This document shows positions 32,422 to 41,178 of a DNA stretch of 41,705 nucleotides, one piece after another. Location: contig JBEKDM010000002.1 in assembly GCA_050014375.1 (NCBI GenBank), forward strand, positions 1-41,705, in the 5' to 3' direction. The notes beneath the pieces are model-generated. The model was not told where the DNA came from. It did no database searches and saw nothing but the letters and a program-made list of their open reading frames with translations. Positions within the stretch are counted from its first letter, which is position 1. The number at the start of each line of letters is the position of its first letter. The stretch is from Methanomassiliicoccales archaeon (GTDB taxonomy: Archaea; Thermoplasmatota; Thermoplasmata; Methanomassiliicoccales; UBA472). The translations under genes were made by a program, and so were the position numbers.

Positions 32422-32811
32422 TCAGTACACGAACGCCAGCAGCTTGCCGCCGACGCCCAATTCTTTTGCTTTCACGTGGCTGATTACGCCCTCGGTGGTC
32501 GAGATGATCAAAACGCCGAAATCCTGGGCCGGAAGGAACCTGGCCTCGAACTGTTCGAGGTCCACCTTCTTGACCGAGTAGCGCGGCTTGATGACTCCGC
32601 AGTTGTTGATCTTTCCCTGCATCTTGACCTTGAAGACTCCGGCCTTACCATCTTCGACGAACTCGAACTGGTTGATGTAGCCGTTTTCTTGCATGACCTT
32701 GAGCACGCGGCCGATGAGCTTAGAGGATGGCTTTATCTGGCACTCGCTCTTTCCCACTGTCGCCGCATTCTTTATTGTTGACATTGCATCATTTAATGGG
32801 TCGTTCTGCAT
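32422..32811 (-). CDS. rps8: 30S ribosomal protein uS8
   Basis: It has [24 protein letters not shown] site lies upstream of the ATG. Confidence 0.93.
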   Translation of the reverse strand: MQNDPLNDAMSTIKNAATVGKSECQIKPSSKLIGRVLKVMQENGYINQFEFVEDGKAGVFKVKMQGKINNCGVIKPRYSVKKVDLEQFEARFLPAQDFGVLIISTTEGVISHVKAKELGVGGKLLAFVY

Positions 32812-32820
32812 CTTCTCACC

Positions 32821-32970
32821 TCACGAGTACTTCTTAAACCCTATCTGCGGCGCGACTTCACGGAAGCACTGCCTGCACAGGTGCATGCCGTACCTCCTCA
32901 CTATTCCGCGCTTCCTTCCGCAGCGCGTGCAGCCTATGGTCCTGCCGAACACTTTCTTTGGCTTCGTCAC
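32821..32970 (-). CDS. rps14: 30S ribosomal protein uS14 (zinc-binding type, 49 aa). It is not in the supplied ORF track.
   Basis: My hand translation of the minus strand gives (GTG)[48 protein letters not shown]-stop. The CxxC...CxxC pattern is present. The GTG start overlaps the uL5 stop (GTGA). Confidence 0.85.
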   Translation of the reverse strand: MTKPKKVFGRTIGCTRCGRKRGIVRRYGMHLCRQCFREVAPQIGFKKYS

Positions 32971-33488
32971 TCGACCACCTCTACGTTGTAGCGCTCCCTC
33001 ATGAAACTGACCGCCTCTTCCCTGGTCATGCGGTGCTCTTTGGGAAGCTTCTTCTGCATGATCCGGCGTCTGGAAACCCTCTTGCCCGGTCTCTGGATGG
33101 AGACACAGACATCCATACCGAAGATACCGATCTCCGGGTCATACCGCATGCCCTCGAAGTCAGTGTAATCGCTGACCCCGAAGTTCATGTTGCCCTCCTT
33201 GTCGAACGAGTACTTGGCGACCCGCCTCTCGCGGATCGTCAGTGCACGGTTCAGGAAGTCCTCGGCAAGTTCCCCACGCAGGGTGACCTTGCATCCGATC
33301 GGCATGCCCTCACGAACGCCCAGGTCCCTGTTGGTGACCTTGGCGAATGTGGTCTTCGGCTTCTGCTTGGAGACCATCTCCAGTACCTTCTCGGCCTTCT
33401 GGAGGCGCTCGCCTGCTTCGCCTACGCCGATGTTGACGACGATCTTCTCGATGCGCGGAGCGCGCATGACGTTCTTCTCGTCGCTCAT
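32967..33488 (-). CDS. rpl5: 50S ribosomal protein uL5
   Basis: It has [22 protein letters not shown], and the gene order fits. Confidence 0.93.
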   Translation of the reverse strand: MSDEKNVMRAPRIEKIVVNIGVGEAGERLQKAEKVLEMVSKQKPKTTFAKVTNRDLGVREGMPIGCKVTLRGELAEDFLNRALTIRERRVAKYSFDKEGNMNFGVSDYTDFEGMRYDPEIGIFGMDVCVSIQRPGKRVSRRRIMQKKLPKEHRMTREEAVSFMRERYNVEVVE

Positions 33489-34195
33489 AGTACGCTAACC
33501 TCCGGCATGGATATTTCCGGCACCTTTGCGCCGACGACGAAGACATTGTTCTTCACCGTGGTCGTCCCGTCCTTGAACTTCACCAGGTTGGGGGCGGACG
33601 AGCGGGTGATAATGTACTCCTCGATCGCCTCTAGCCGACCGGCGTGGGCACCAGCGATCACGAGGACCATGTTGCCCTTTGCCAGCTTGTAGGTCTCCAG
33701 GATCTTCTGGGACGGGACCTCTAGCTTTACCACATCTCCGGACTTCCAGCCGTCCTTGGCCACGATGACATTGCGTCCGTCGTGCAGGTTCAGCTGGGTC
33801 TTTCCGCCCGGCAGGGTGGTCTTCTTCTCGATGCGGCACAACTTCCACGCCTCTTTCCCGGCTGGAACCGAGACCAGGCGTATCTTGTCGTTCTCATCGA
33901 TGACCACACGGTAGTTCTGTCCGAGCTTCGGGATGGACACTACGTCCATCAGTCCGACCGGGAAACGGTGGTTCGTGACCACACGCCCGTCGACCCTTAT
34001 CTCGCGGGCGTGCAGTAGCTTGACGCCTTCAGCTGCGGTGTCGCACAGGTGGAGCATGTCACGGATGATGACCATGATAGGCATGCTGACCTCGATCGAG
34101 TGCGGTCCCGGGCTTGGGCTTGTGATCCACACATGGGACTTTCTTGGTACTGGCCAGCTCCGGGGAGCGGTCAGTCTCTTCATATCGTTGCTCAT
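33485..34195 (-). CDS. rps4e: 30S ribosomal protein eS4
   Basis: It has MKRLTAPRSWPVPRK near the N-terminus. The ATG at 34195 overlaps the uL24 stop (ATGA). The longer ORF (to 34234) would overlap uL24. Confidence 0.92.
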   Translation of the reverse strand: MSNDMKRLTAPRSWPVPRKSHVWITSPSPGPHSIEVSMPIMVIIRDMLHLCDTAAEGVKLLHAREIRVDGRVVTNHRFPVGLMDVVSIPKLGQNYRVVIDENDKIRLVSVPAGKEAWKLCRIEKKTTLPGGKTQLNLHDGRNVIVAKDGWKSGDVVKLEVPSQKILETYKLAKGNMVLVIAGAHAGRLEAIEEYIITRSSAPNLVKFKDGTTTVKNNVFVVGAKVPEISMPEVSVL

Positions 34196-34566
34196 GAGGA
34201 TGCCTCCTTCTTTTGGAGTTTGTCCTTTCTCCACTGGTCTTTGAGTTCCAGCTTGGTGACCACACAGTTGGACGCATGGACCGAGCGGCTCTCCATCTTG
34301 CTGTCTGCCTTCTTCACCGTGACGCCTTCGATTATGATCCGGCCTGTCTCGGTTTTCACTTCTGTGACCTTCCCTTCAAGCCCCAGTATCGCCGCGTCGC
34401 CGCGGACGATCTTTACGGTGTCGCCCTTGACGACCCTTACCGAGCGCCTGCCGACGTCTTCGGCCAGGTCTGCGCTGAGGTGAGAAGAGACCGTCTTCCC
34501 CTTTATGTGCGTTGGGGCGTTGTACAGGGCCTTCCTCTGCTTCCTTGCTTGTTTGCTCTTTTCCAT
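34192..34566 (-). CDS. rpl24: 50S ribosomal protein uL24
   Basis: It has the KOW motif VVKGDTVKIVRGD, and the gene order fits. Confidence 0.92.
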   Translation of the reverse strand: MEKSKQARKQRKALYNAPTHIKGKTVSSHLSADLAEDVGRRSVRVVKGDTVKIVRGDAAILGLEGKVTEVKTETGRIIIEGVTVKKADSKMESRSVHASNCVVTKLELKDQWRKDKLQKKEASS

Positions 34567-34575
34567 TCTCCCACC

Positions 34576-34974
34576 TCAGATAATCGTCGAGGCCGTGGCT
34601 GCGATACGGGGCCACCTCTCGGCGGCCTCCCTGGCGACTGCGCCCTTTATGTCGCTGCCCTTGGTCTCTCCTTCCTCTGTAGTTATTACCGCTGCGTTGT
34701 CCTCGAACTGGACCCACGTTCCGTCAGCGCGCCTGAACGGACGCCTCTGACGGACGATGACCGCGTAAATGACCTGACGCCTCATCTCGGGCGTTCCCTT
34801 CTTGACCGAGGCGACGACGATGTCGCCAACGCCTGCGGACGGGTAGCGCCTGACGACGCCATGATAGCCCGGGACCGCGATGACCGATATGGTCTTCGCC
34901 CCGGTGTTGTCAATGACAGAGAGGATCGTGCCGGTGCATACTCCCCTGGTCTGGTTACCTGCTATTCCTTTCAT
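34576..34974 (-). CDS. rpl14: 50S ribosomal protein uL14
   Basis: It has [22 protein letters not shown]. The start is set at the ATG at 34974, downstream of the uS17 stop at 34980. Confidence 0.92.
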   Translation of the reverse strand: MKGIAGNQTRGVCTGTILSVIDNTGAKTISVIAVPGYHGVVRRYPSAGVGDIVVASVKKGTPEMRRQVIYAVIVRQRRPFRRADGTWVQFEDNAAVITTEEGETKGSDIKGAVAREAAERWPRIAATASTII

Positions 34975-34979
34975 GTCAT

Positions 34980-35318
34980 TCACCTCTTCTCGATGATCAC
35001 GAACGATACTGTCTTGCTGAGCGGCCTGCACTCCGCGATCCGCACCTCGTCGCCCGGCTTTATGCCCAGGCAGGGCGGGTTGTGGACGGTATAGTGGCTC
35101 GTCCTCTTTGCGTATCTTTCGTACTTCTGGACATACTTCAAGTACTTCCTCTCGACCACTGCGGACTTGTTCATCTTGACGGAAATAACTGTCCCGTCGA
35201 TGATCTGTCCCCTCACTGGCAATTGGCCATGGAAGGGGCAGTTCTTGTCGTCGCAGGCGGCCGTCGGGGCCTTAACATCAATGCCGATATCTTTAACCTC
35301 ACCATTCATAAGATTCAC
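34980..35318 (-). CDS. rps17: 30S ribosomal protein uS17
   Basis: It has [25 protein letters not shown], and the gene order fits. Confidence 0.92.
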   Translation of the reverse strand: MNLMNGEVKDIGIDVKAPTAACDDKNCPFHGQLPVRGQIIDGTVISVKMNKSAVVERKYLKYVQKYERYAKRTSHYTVHNPPCLGIKPGDEVRIAECRPLSKTVSFVIIEKR

Positions 35319-35575
35319 CTCGTTTTCTTGATCCGATCTTCCGGTCGGTGCTGAATCTCTGATCCCATTACTGTGATCCTTTGGCTTCCGTATGTGAACT
35401 GGAATCCGTTGCCCTTTTTCGGGACGATCCTCGCCTTTCCGTCGTGCTCGATCGAGAGCGTGTTCTTGCTCTCGTCCACCACGACGCCGCTCATCCTGTA
35501 GCCAGGATGCGCCGACGAGACGACCTCAACTTCCAGACCAATGAATTCCTGTTTCATGAAATCCCTTTTATCCAT
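35315..35575 (-). CDS. rnp1: RNase P protein component 1 (Rpp29/Pop4)
   Basis: It has FIGLEVEVVSSAHPGYRMSGVVVDESKNTL. It holds the conserved archaeal position between SUI1 and rps17. Confidence 0.85.
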   Translation of the reverse strand: MDKRDFMKQEFIGLEVEVVSSAHPGYRMSGVVVDESKNTLSIEHDGKARIVPKKGNGFQFTYGSQRITVMGSEIQHRPEDRIKKTR

Positions 35576-35582
35576 GGGACGC

Positions 35583-35882
35583 TCATCTGACCTCGGTCTT
35601 GAAGCCCATGCTTTCTAGGGCATCCTTGACCTTCTTCTTGTGGTCTCCCTGCAGTTCGATCTTGCCGTCCTTTGCGGTGCCGCCGGCAGCGCATTTGTTT
35701 TTCAACTTCTTGGCCAGGTCGTTGATGTCGATATCATTCGAATCGATACCCTCGATGACCGTGACGGTTTTTCCGTATCGCCTGCTGTCGGTGTATATCT
35801 TCACCGATTGCTGCTCACGTGCGATCTCCTCGCACATGCACAGTTCCTTTGGGAGCCCACATACGGAGCAAATTTCAGCCAT
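35583..35882 (-). CDS. sui1: Translation initiation factor aSUI1 (eIF1 homolog)
   Basis: The N-terminal Cys knuckle is [13 protein letters not shown]. The SUI1 core is [13 protein letters not shown]...[19 protein letters not shown]. Confidence 0.9.
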   Translation of the reverse strand: MAEICSVCGLPKELCMCEEIAREQQSVKIYTDSRRYGKTVTVIEGIDSNDIDINDLAKKLKNKCAAGGTAKDGKIELQGDHKKKVKDALESMGFKTEVR

Positions 35883-36082
35883 TACTTCTCTTCCTCCTGC
35901 TGGACGGTGAGTATCCTGGCTATGTTGGTCCTTATCGCCCTTATCCTGCCAGGGTTGGCAGGAGCACCGCCCATCGCTGCCGTGCCCCTCTCATGCATGA
36001 GCTCGTCCTGCAACTCGCGGAGCTTCGCACCGCGGTCGTTCAGGCTCATTGCCTTGATCTCCTTGACTTTGATCAGCGCCAT
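35882..36082 (-). CDS. rpl29: 50S ribosomal protein uL29
   Basis: The protein is 66 aa with [13 protein letters not shown]. It sits between uS3 and SUI1. Confidence 0.9.
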   Translation of the reverse strand: MALIKVKEIKAMSLNDRGAKLRELQDELMHERGTAAMGGAPANPGRIRAIRTNIARILTVQQEEEK

Positions 36083-36087
36083 CTCGT

Positions 36088-36825
36088 CTACGCCTCCTTG
36101 TTGTCGCCCTCGGCGGGCTCCTTCGACGCATCCATTATGGCCCTGTCGGCGGCGGAAGCGATTGCGTCCGGGATGTCGTCCTTCAATGCCAGGAGCGCGG
36201 CCATCTCGGGGATCGCCGCCATTGCCTCTTCCATTGACTTGACGCTTATCTCGGCCGGTAGCCTGGCGTTGGGGTCCATGATCTCTACCTTTACACCGAT
36301 GACCCCGGGCTTCAGCTTTGCCACGGCGAATCCTTGCCTGATGAACAGGTTACGGGTCTCACCGCAGTATTTGATGTAGCCTTCCTTGAACTTCTCGGTC
36401 CTGTGCCTCTCTCCGGTCAGTTTGCCAGAGATGACGATTAGGCATCCCCTGGCGCCCGAGTCCATTATCCTGCGGACGGTGGAGTGTCCGGCGCGTCTAA
36501 AGTGCCATCCCCTCTCAAGCGCGAAGGCCAGTTTCTCGGCCATGATCTGCGCGTTGAGGTTAGGCTCCTCGACCTCCTGGACCTCGATCTGCGGGTTGTC
36601 GTACTTGAAGTTGTCCTCGATCGCCTTGGTGAGCGTCTTGATCGCTGCACCACGGCGTCCGATCACGATCCCTGGCCTCTCGGTTATCAGCGTCACCCTG
36701 GTGCCCATCGGGGTCCTCTGGACGTCAACGCCGCCGAAGCCTGCCCTGTCAACGGTCTTCATCAAGTATTCCCTCAGCAGGGTTCTCCTGATGTTCTCCG
36801 CGACGAACTTCCTCTCGCTTGCCAT
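36088..36825 (-). CDS. rps3: 30S ribosomal protein uS3
   Basis: The KH domain is ERPGIVIGRRGAAIKTL, and the gene order fits. Confidence 0.93.
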   Translation of the reverse strand: MASERKFVAENIRRTLLREYLMKTVDRAGFGGVDVQRTPMGTRVTLITERPGIVIGRRGAAIKTLTKAIEDNFKYDNPQIEVQEVEEPNLNAQIMAEKLAFALERGWHFRRAGHSTVRRIMDSGARGCLIVISGKLTGERHRTEKFKEGYIKYCGETRNLFIRQGFAVAKLKPGVIGVKVEIMDPNARLPAEISVKSMEEAMAAIPEMAALLALKDDIPDAIASAADRAIMDASKEPAEGDNKEA

Positions 36826-37272
36826 TTACTCCATCTCCTCAAGGATGACTTCGATATTCACGGTCTGTTGGTTCCACTGGGTGGCTCGGCCGTATGCCCT
36901 TTGCATCTGTCCCTTCTGGGTCCGTCCCAGGTGGGTGGCTATGACCTTGAGCCTCATGTTCTCGGCGTCAAGGCCCTTATATTCCGCGTTGTGCTTCGCG
37001 CTCTCGATCGCCTCGATGAAGGCCTTTGCAGCCTTCTCCGGAAATCGGCCGGGCCCTACCCCAGCCTTGTGCGCGACACCGGTGTTGTAACGGCGGATCG
37101 GGACCGGCCTCTTCAGCTCGGCGACCTCCTCCAGCATCTGCAACGCAACGGATACCTTCTTTCCCCTTATCATCCTGGCGATCTCACGGGAGAACTTAGG
37201 TGAAATGGGATTCTCCTTCCCGATTGCTCGGGCGGTGGTGTCCGGGTCTGTACTTTGTGTGTATCCAGCCAT
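36826..37272 (-). CDS. rpl22: 50S ribosomal protein uL22
   Basis: It has RAYGRATQWNQQTVNIEVIL, and the gene order fits. Confidence 0.92.
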   Translation of the reverse strand: MAGYTQSTDPDTTARAIGKENPISPKFSREIARMIRGKKVSVALQMLEEVAELKRPVPIRRYNTGVAHKAGVGPGRFPEKAAKAFIEAIESAKHNAEYKGLDAENMRLKVIATHLGRTQKGQMQRAYGRATQWNQQTVNIEVILEEME

Positions 37273-37281
37273 GTTCTCACC

Positions 37282-37743
37282 TTACTTCAGCGGCAGGAAC
37301 TTAGACGACCTGGTCGCACCGACACCTGGTCCAGAGTGCTTGACGATCTTTCGGGTCAAAGCGAACTCTCCCAGGAAGTGCCCTATCATCTCGGCCCTGA
37401 TCTCCACTTCCTTGAACTCCTTTCCGTTGTGAATAGCCACTTTCTTTCCGACCATCTGCGGAACGATGGGGATATCTCTCCGGTGTGTCCGGACGGCATC
37501 TCCCTCGCTCGCCTTGATCTTCTCGAACGCGGTCTTCTGCTCGTCGTTGAAGCCCCTGACGAAGCTCCTCCTTATCCTGGAGGGCATTAGGTCGAGGACC
37601 TCTTCGAACGGCATCTCCAGAAGCTGCTCCATGTTAAAGCCGCGGTAGGTGAATTCCTTCTTCCGCTTGGCCTGGAGAACTCCCTTCTTCTTCCTAAGCT
37701 TCCTTCTCGAGGACTTGGTACCTGTCATCTTTTCTTCAGCCAT
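37282..37743 (-). CDS. rps19: 30S ribosomal protein uS19
   Basis: It has PQMVGKKVAIHNGKEFKEVEI, and the gene order fits. Confidence 0.92.
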   Translation of the reverse strand: MAEEKMTGTKSSRRKLRKKKGVLQAKRKKEFTYRGFNMEQLLEMPFEEVLDLMPSRIRRSFVRGFNDEQKTAFEKIKASEGDAVRTHRRDIPIVPQMVGKKVAIHNGKEFKEVEIRAEMIGHFLGEFALTRKIVKHSGPGVGATRSSKFLPLK

Positions 37744-37748
37744 TCAGA

Positions 37749-38453
37749 TCACCTCTTCTCCTTTTTCTTCTTCTGGGGCGAGAGGCGTCCTACCTTCCTT
37801 CCTGGAGGTGCGTTCCTCGACACAGTGCTTGGCTTACCGACATGCGGGTGACCGCCACCGCCGTGTGGGTGGTCGACTGGGTTCATTGCGATACCCTTAA
37901 CCTTGAAGTAAGCCTTGGACTTGCTGCGCCATGCGTGGAACTTCCTTCCAGCCGTTGCGAACGGCTTCTCCTTTGCTCCACCGCCAGCGACGATCCCGAT
38001 TGAAGCCCGGCACAGCGGGTCAAAGCTGCGGAAAGCTCCGGACGGCATCAACAGCGAGACCTTCTCGCCCTTGGTGATGACCGTTGCCGAGGTTCCCGCG
38101 GTCTTGATGTACTTTCCACCGTCTCCTGGCCGGCCTTCGACGTTGAAGACCAGTGTTCCTTCTGGGACATTCGCCAGTGGCATGATATTGCCGGAGACGA
38201 TCTCCGGTGTTCCATCTACCATGACCTTCTGTCCGACCATCATGCCCTCGGCGGCGATCATCATCTCGATGTTACCACCGAAGTCGACCTTTGCCACCGG
38301 GCAGGTCTTGCCCGGTGCGTGAATGAGATCCACTACCTTGCCTGACTTCTTGTCCGCCAGGGGGTGCTTCATGACGCCCAGGTGCCTGTGGCTCGGTGAG
38401 CGGTATACTGATCCCCCGCGGCCTCTCCTTTGCTGTCTTAAATTCTTACCCAT
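37749..38453 (-). CDS. rpl2: 50S ribosomal protein uL2
   Basis: It has the hallmark GIAMNPVDHPHGGGGHPHVGKPSTV. Confidence 0.95.
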   Translation of the reverse strand: MGKNLRQQRRGRGGSVYRSPSHRHLGVMKHPLADKKSGKVVDLIHAPGKTCPVAKVDFGGNIEMMIAAEGMMVGQKVMVDGTPEIVSGNIMPLANVPEGTLVFNVEGRPGDGGKYIKTAGTSATVITKGEKVSLLMPSGAFRSFDPLCRASIGIVAGGGAKEKPFATAGRKFHAWRSKSKAYFKVKGIAMNPVDHPHGGGGHPHVGKPSTVSRNAPPGRKVGRLSPQKKKKEKR

Positions 38454-38464
38454 GATAACCCCCC

Positions 38465-38749
38465 TTAGAACACGCCGATCCTCATTCCGATGTCTTCGGC
38501 GGAATATCCCTCGGCTAGCTTGAAGATGGCGTGCTTGCCATCGCGGGCCACCCGGGTCCAGACCTGTGATACCTTAACATCGAAGCGCTCCTCGAACGCC
38601 TTCTTTATCTGCGGCTTCGTGGCACTTCTCAACACAATGAACTCAAGTTTGTTTCCATCCTTGAAGTCCTGGGTCGGAGTGCCCGTCATATGGTTCATCG
38701 TCTTTTCTGTGACGAACGGGTGCAATAGAACGTCCTTCTTTGAAACCAT
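38465..38749 (-). CDS. rpl23: 50S ribosomal protein uL23
   Basis: It has LLHPFVTEKTM. The ATG at 38749 is preferred, since it lies after the uL4 stop at 38752 and is preceded by GGTGA. A GTG at 38758 is also possible. Confidence 0.9.
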   Translation of the reverse strand: MVSKKDVLLHPFVTEKTMNHMTGTPTQDFKDGNKLEFIVLRSATKPQIKKAFEERFDVKVSQVWTRVARDGKHAIFKLAEGYSAEDIGMRIGVF

Positions 38750-38751
38750 TC

Positions 38752-39528
38752 TCACCACGCTCCTACTTTCTTCATGGCCGATTCGGTGAACACCGTCAGC
38801 CTTCCTGCGTCGCCACCTGGGGCCAGCAGGCCCGGGTTAAGCTTCTCCGCAGTTGCGACCTCGACTCCGGCCAAGTTCTTGGCGCCGATGAACAGCGCCG
38901 ATTGCGGGTCAGCCACTACGATGAGTATCCCGCGAGGCGCCTTGAACCGCCTGCCCCTCATCTTGCCCTTACCTGGCCTGACCTTCTTGCCTTCCTTGGC
39001 CCTGATAACGTCTCCCTCAAGCCCCATGCTCCTGAGAGCCATCAGTACTTCGGAGGTGGTCTTCAGTGACTCGATGTTGTCCTCGACAACGACCGGCAGG
39101 GTGACCTTCTCGTCGAACTGGTGTCCGCGCTTCTTGACCTGGACCACGTCGGCGGTGCATGCGAGTGCGGAAAACCTTGCGAGGGTCCTCTCCTTCCGGT
39201 TGCACTTCAGGGACCAGTCCTTCTCAGCCTTCGGCGGGAACGCCCTCCTGCCGCCCACGTTGTTGGGCGACTCGGCGGCCTTCGCTCCGGAAGTGAGCCT
39301 CTGTACCCTGGCGACTCCACGGCCTTTGCCCCATGTGGAGACAGCGTGCCTGATACCGGCGCCTTCCTTAGAACCGTACGGATGCCTGCGGTTCGCCTCT
39401 TCAGCGACCACTGCCTTCCTGATCACGTCAGGGCGGTACAAGGTGTGGAACACCTGTGGCAGAGCGACGGTCTTGACGACGTCGCCCTTGATGGAATAAA
39501 CATTGACTTCGCTCTTCTTTTCAGCCAT
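38752..39528 (-). CDS. rpl4: 50S ribosomal protein uL4
   Basis: It has STWGKGRGVARVQRL and RRAFPPKAEKDW, and the gene order fits. Confidence 0.93.
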   Translation of the reverse strand: MAEKKSEVNVYSIKGDVVKTVALPQVFHTLYRPDVIRKAVVAEEANRRHPYGSKEGAGIRHAVSTWGKGRGVARVQRLTSGAKAAESPNNVGGRRAFPPKAEKDWSLKCNRKERTLARFSALACTADVVQVKKRGHQFDEKVTLPVVVEDNIESLKTTSEVLMALRSMGLEGDVIRAKEGKKVRPGKGKMRGRRFKAPRGILIVVADPQSALFIGAKNLAGVEVATAEKLNPGLLAPGGDAGRLTVFTESAMKKVGAW

Positions 39529-39531
39529 TGA

Positions 39532-40533
39532 TTACGCCCCCTGCTTAGACTCTGTCGATACATACACTATGCTGGGCGCTTCCTTCATGTTGCCAGCGTG
39601 GTTCCTTACCGGGTCCCTCAGGCGTACCAACCTCTTGGTCGGGCCGGGCACTGAGCCATGTATCAGAACATACTGGTTGACGATGGTTCCGTAATGAACG
39701 AACCCACCTTTCGGGTTGATCTCCTCACCGGTGGCCCCGATCTTCAGGACCAGCTTGTTGACCTCGGTCCTCTGGTGGTATCCCATTTGACCGGATTGTG
39801 GGGCTGTGTTCCTTACGTACCCAGGCCTCTTCGGACCGAGGGTTCCGACCATTCTTCTGTGCTTGCTGTTTTTGTGGGACAGCAGCTTTATTCCCCACCT
39901 CTTGGTGGCTCCCTGGAACCCTTTCCCCTTAGTGATCGCTGCGACATCGATGAAGTTGCCTTCTTTGGCGAAATCGGTGACGTTGATGTCCTTACCGAGG
40001 ATGGTCTTGGCGTACTCCATCCTCTTGTCCATCGTTGCACCGCCGATCCTGAGCTCCATGAGCTCCGGGACCTTCTTAGGCACTCCCTTCACCATCTTCG
40101 GCTGGGTATAAGCGAGCACGCGGATGTCCTCGATGTCCACCGTCTTCAGCTTCTCCCACGCCTTGTCGGCATCATATTTCTTTGGTATCGGCACGCGCCT
40201 GGATAGTACCTCGTCCACTCCGCTGGCCCAGACCTCTCCTGCGGTCTTTAATCCATACCGGGTGTTCTCGTAGACCCTTATCGCCGCGATTTTCATCGGC
40301 GGTACTTCCAGCACAGTTACCGGGATCCTGATTTCCTGTCCCGCGGTCGTGCTGGTCTTGTTGTAGTCCACAATGAACATGTGGGTCATTCCGGCCTTGT
40401 AACCTGCGAATCCCTGTATCTTAGGGCCTTCGCTGATCTCGGGCCAGGCATCCAGCTTGGGCGTCTGTCTCGAAGCCCTTTTCCTTGGCGAATACGCCAT
40501 CGAACCTTGTCTCGGACGTCTTCTGTTTGGCAT
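39532..40533 (-). CDS. rpl3: 50S ribosomal protein uL3
   Basis: It has FAGYKAGMTHMF and KGKGFQGATKRWG. It is the first gene of the ribosomal supercluster. Confidence 0.95.
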   Translation of the reverse strand: MPNRRRPRQGSMAYSPRKRASRQTPKLDAWPEISEGPKIQGFAGYKAGMTHMFIVDYNKTSTTAGQEIRIPVTVLEVPPMKIAAIRVYENTRYGLKTAGEVWASGVDEVLSRRVPIPKKYDADKAWEKLKTVDIEDIRVLAYTQPKMVKGVPKKVPELMELRIGGATMDKRMEYAKTILGKDINVTDFAKEGNFIDVAAITKGKGFQGATKRWGIKLLSHKNSKHRRMVGTLGPKRPGYVRNTAPQSGQMGYHQRTEVNKLVLKIGATGEEINPKGGFVHYGTIVNQYVLIHGSVPGPTKRLVRLRDPVRNHAGNMKEAPSIVYVSTESKQGA

Positions 40534-40742
40534 GATTCCCTCTCCCTACGTTTTTTGGAGAGCACACTCTCAGTTGCTAACGCCTGTTCTCAAGAGTGTT
40601 GAGGTCAGCACCTTCGACCGTGACACCGTTTTGCTTCCCCAGAACATTGCCTTGGGAAGGGTATAGGGTTGCGTGTGCATTGCCCATGGGGTCTGGTCGA
40701 ACGTCCTCAGTGCGTTGAGCACCACTCGCATACTGATATTGG

Positions 40743-40750
40743 TATATAAT
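40743..40750 (-). promoter_or_regulatory. TATA-like box (minus strand ATTATATA) about 210 nt upstream of rpl3
   Basis: This is the only strong A/T octamer in the 308-bp spacer. If used, it implies an rpl3 leader of about 185 nt. Confidence 0.3.
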
Positions 40751-40841
40751 ATCTACGGTCTGCCGGGAGTGGTAAAATACAGACCCGGCCAGACATGACT
40801 TTTTTGTGCCGTTTTCTGGGAAGACGAGTTAATAAAGGAAA

Positions 40842-41162
40842 TCAGAGCTTTCCTTCTTTCGCCTTCTTCTGCAGACGTGTCCGCCTCTCCTTGGAGGTGA
40901 ATCCCGTGGCCTTCTCGAGGAACACGTTATACTGCTTTATCGTGTCAGCTGCGACATCGACGCTCGCCTTAGTGTCGGTGGTGGTGTTGACGCAGATAGT
41001 GGCCTTGTCCTTTATCATCGCCTCGAGGTGGGTCATCGCGCCATACTTGGCGACGACCATTTCGCCCTCGATCTTCGCGCCTCCGAAAACCTCTTCGGCA
41101 ATCTTTCTCAGGCCGTCCCCTTCAATTTCCTTACCGTGTCCCTTCTTGACATCATAATCCAT
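40842..41162 (-). CDS. Small conserved archaeal protein with a basic C-terminal tail (possibly DUF5611-like; the family name is uncertain)
   Basis: The protein is 106 aa with an ATG start and ordinary composition. It ends in TGFTSKERRTRLQKKAKEGKL. I recall similar small genes lying upstream of rpl3 in other euryarchaea. Confidence 0.55.
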   Translation of the reverse strand: MDYDVKKGHGKEIEGDGLRKIAEEVFGGAKIEGEMVVAKYGAMTHLEAMIKDKATICVNTTTDTKASVDVAADTIKQYNVFLEKATGFTSKERRTRLQKKAKEGKL

Positions 41163-41178
41163 TGAATCACCTTGAAAT

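Noticed and set aside
32958-39499. A series of long plus-strand ORFs (32958-33692, 34213-35094, 35640-36242, 36386-37090, 36484-37203, 38774-39499) opposite the ribosomal protein genes
   Set aside because: Every one is antisense to an unambiguous ribosomal protein gene. Their composition is Leu/Ser/Arg/Pro-rich and low in information. The operon is tightly packed on the minus strand.
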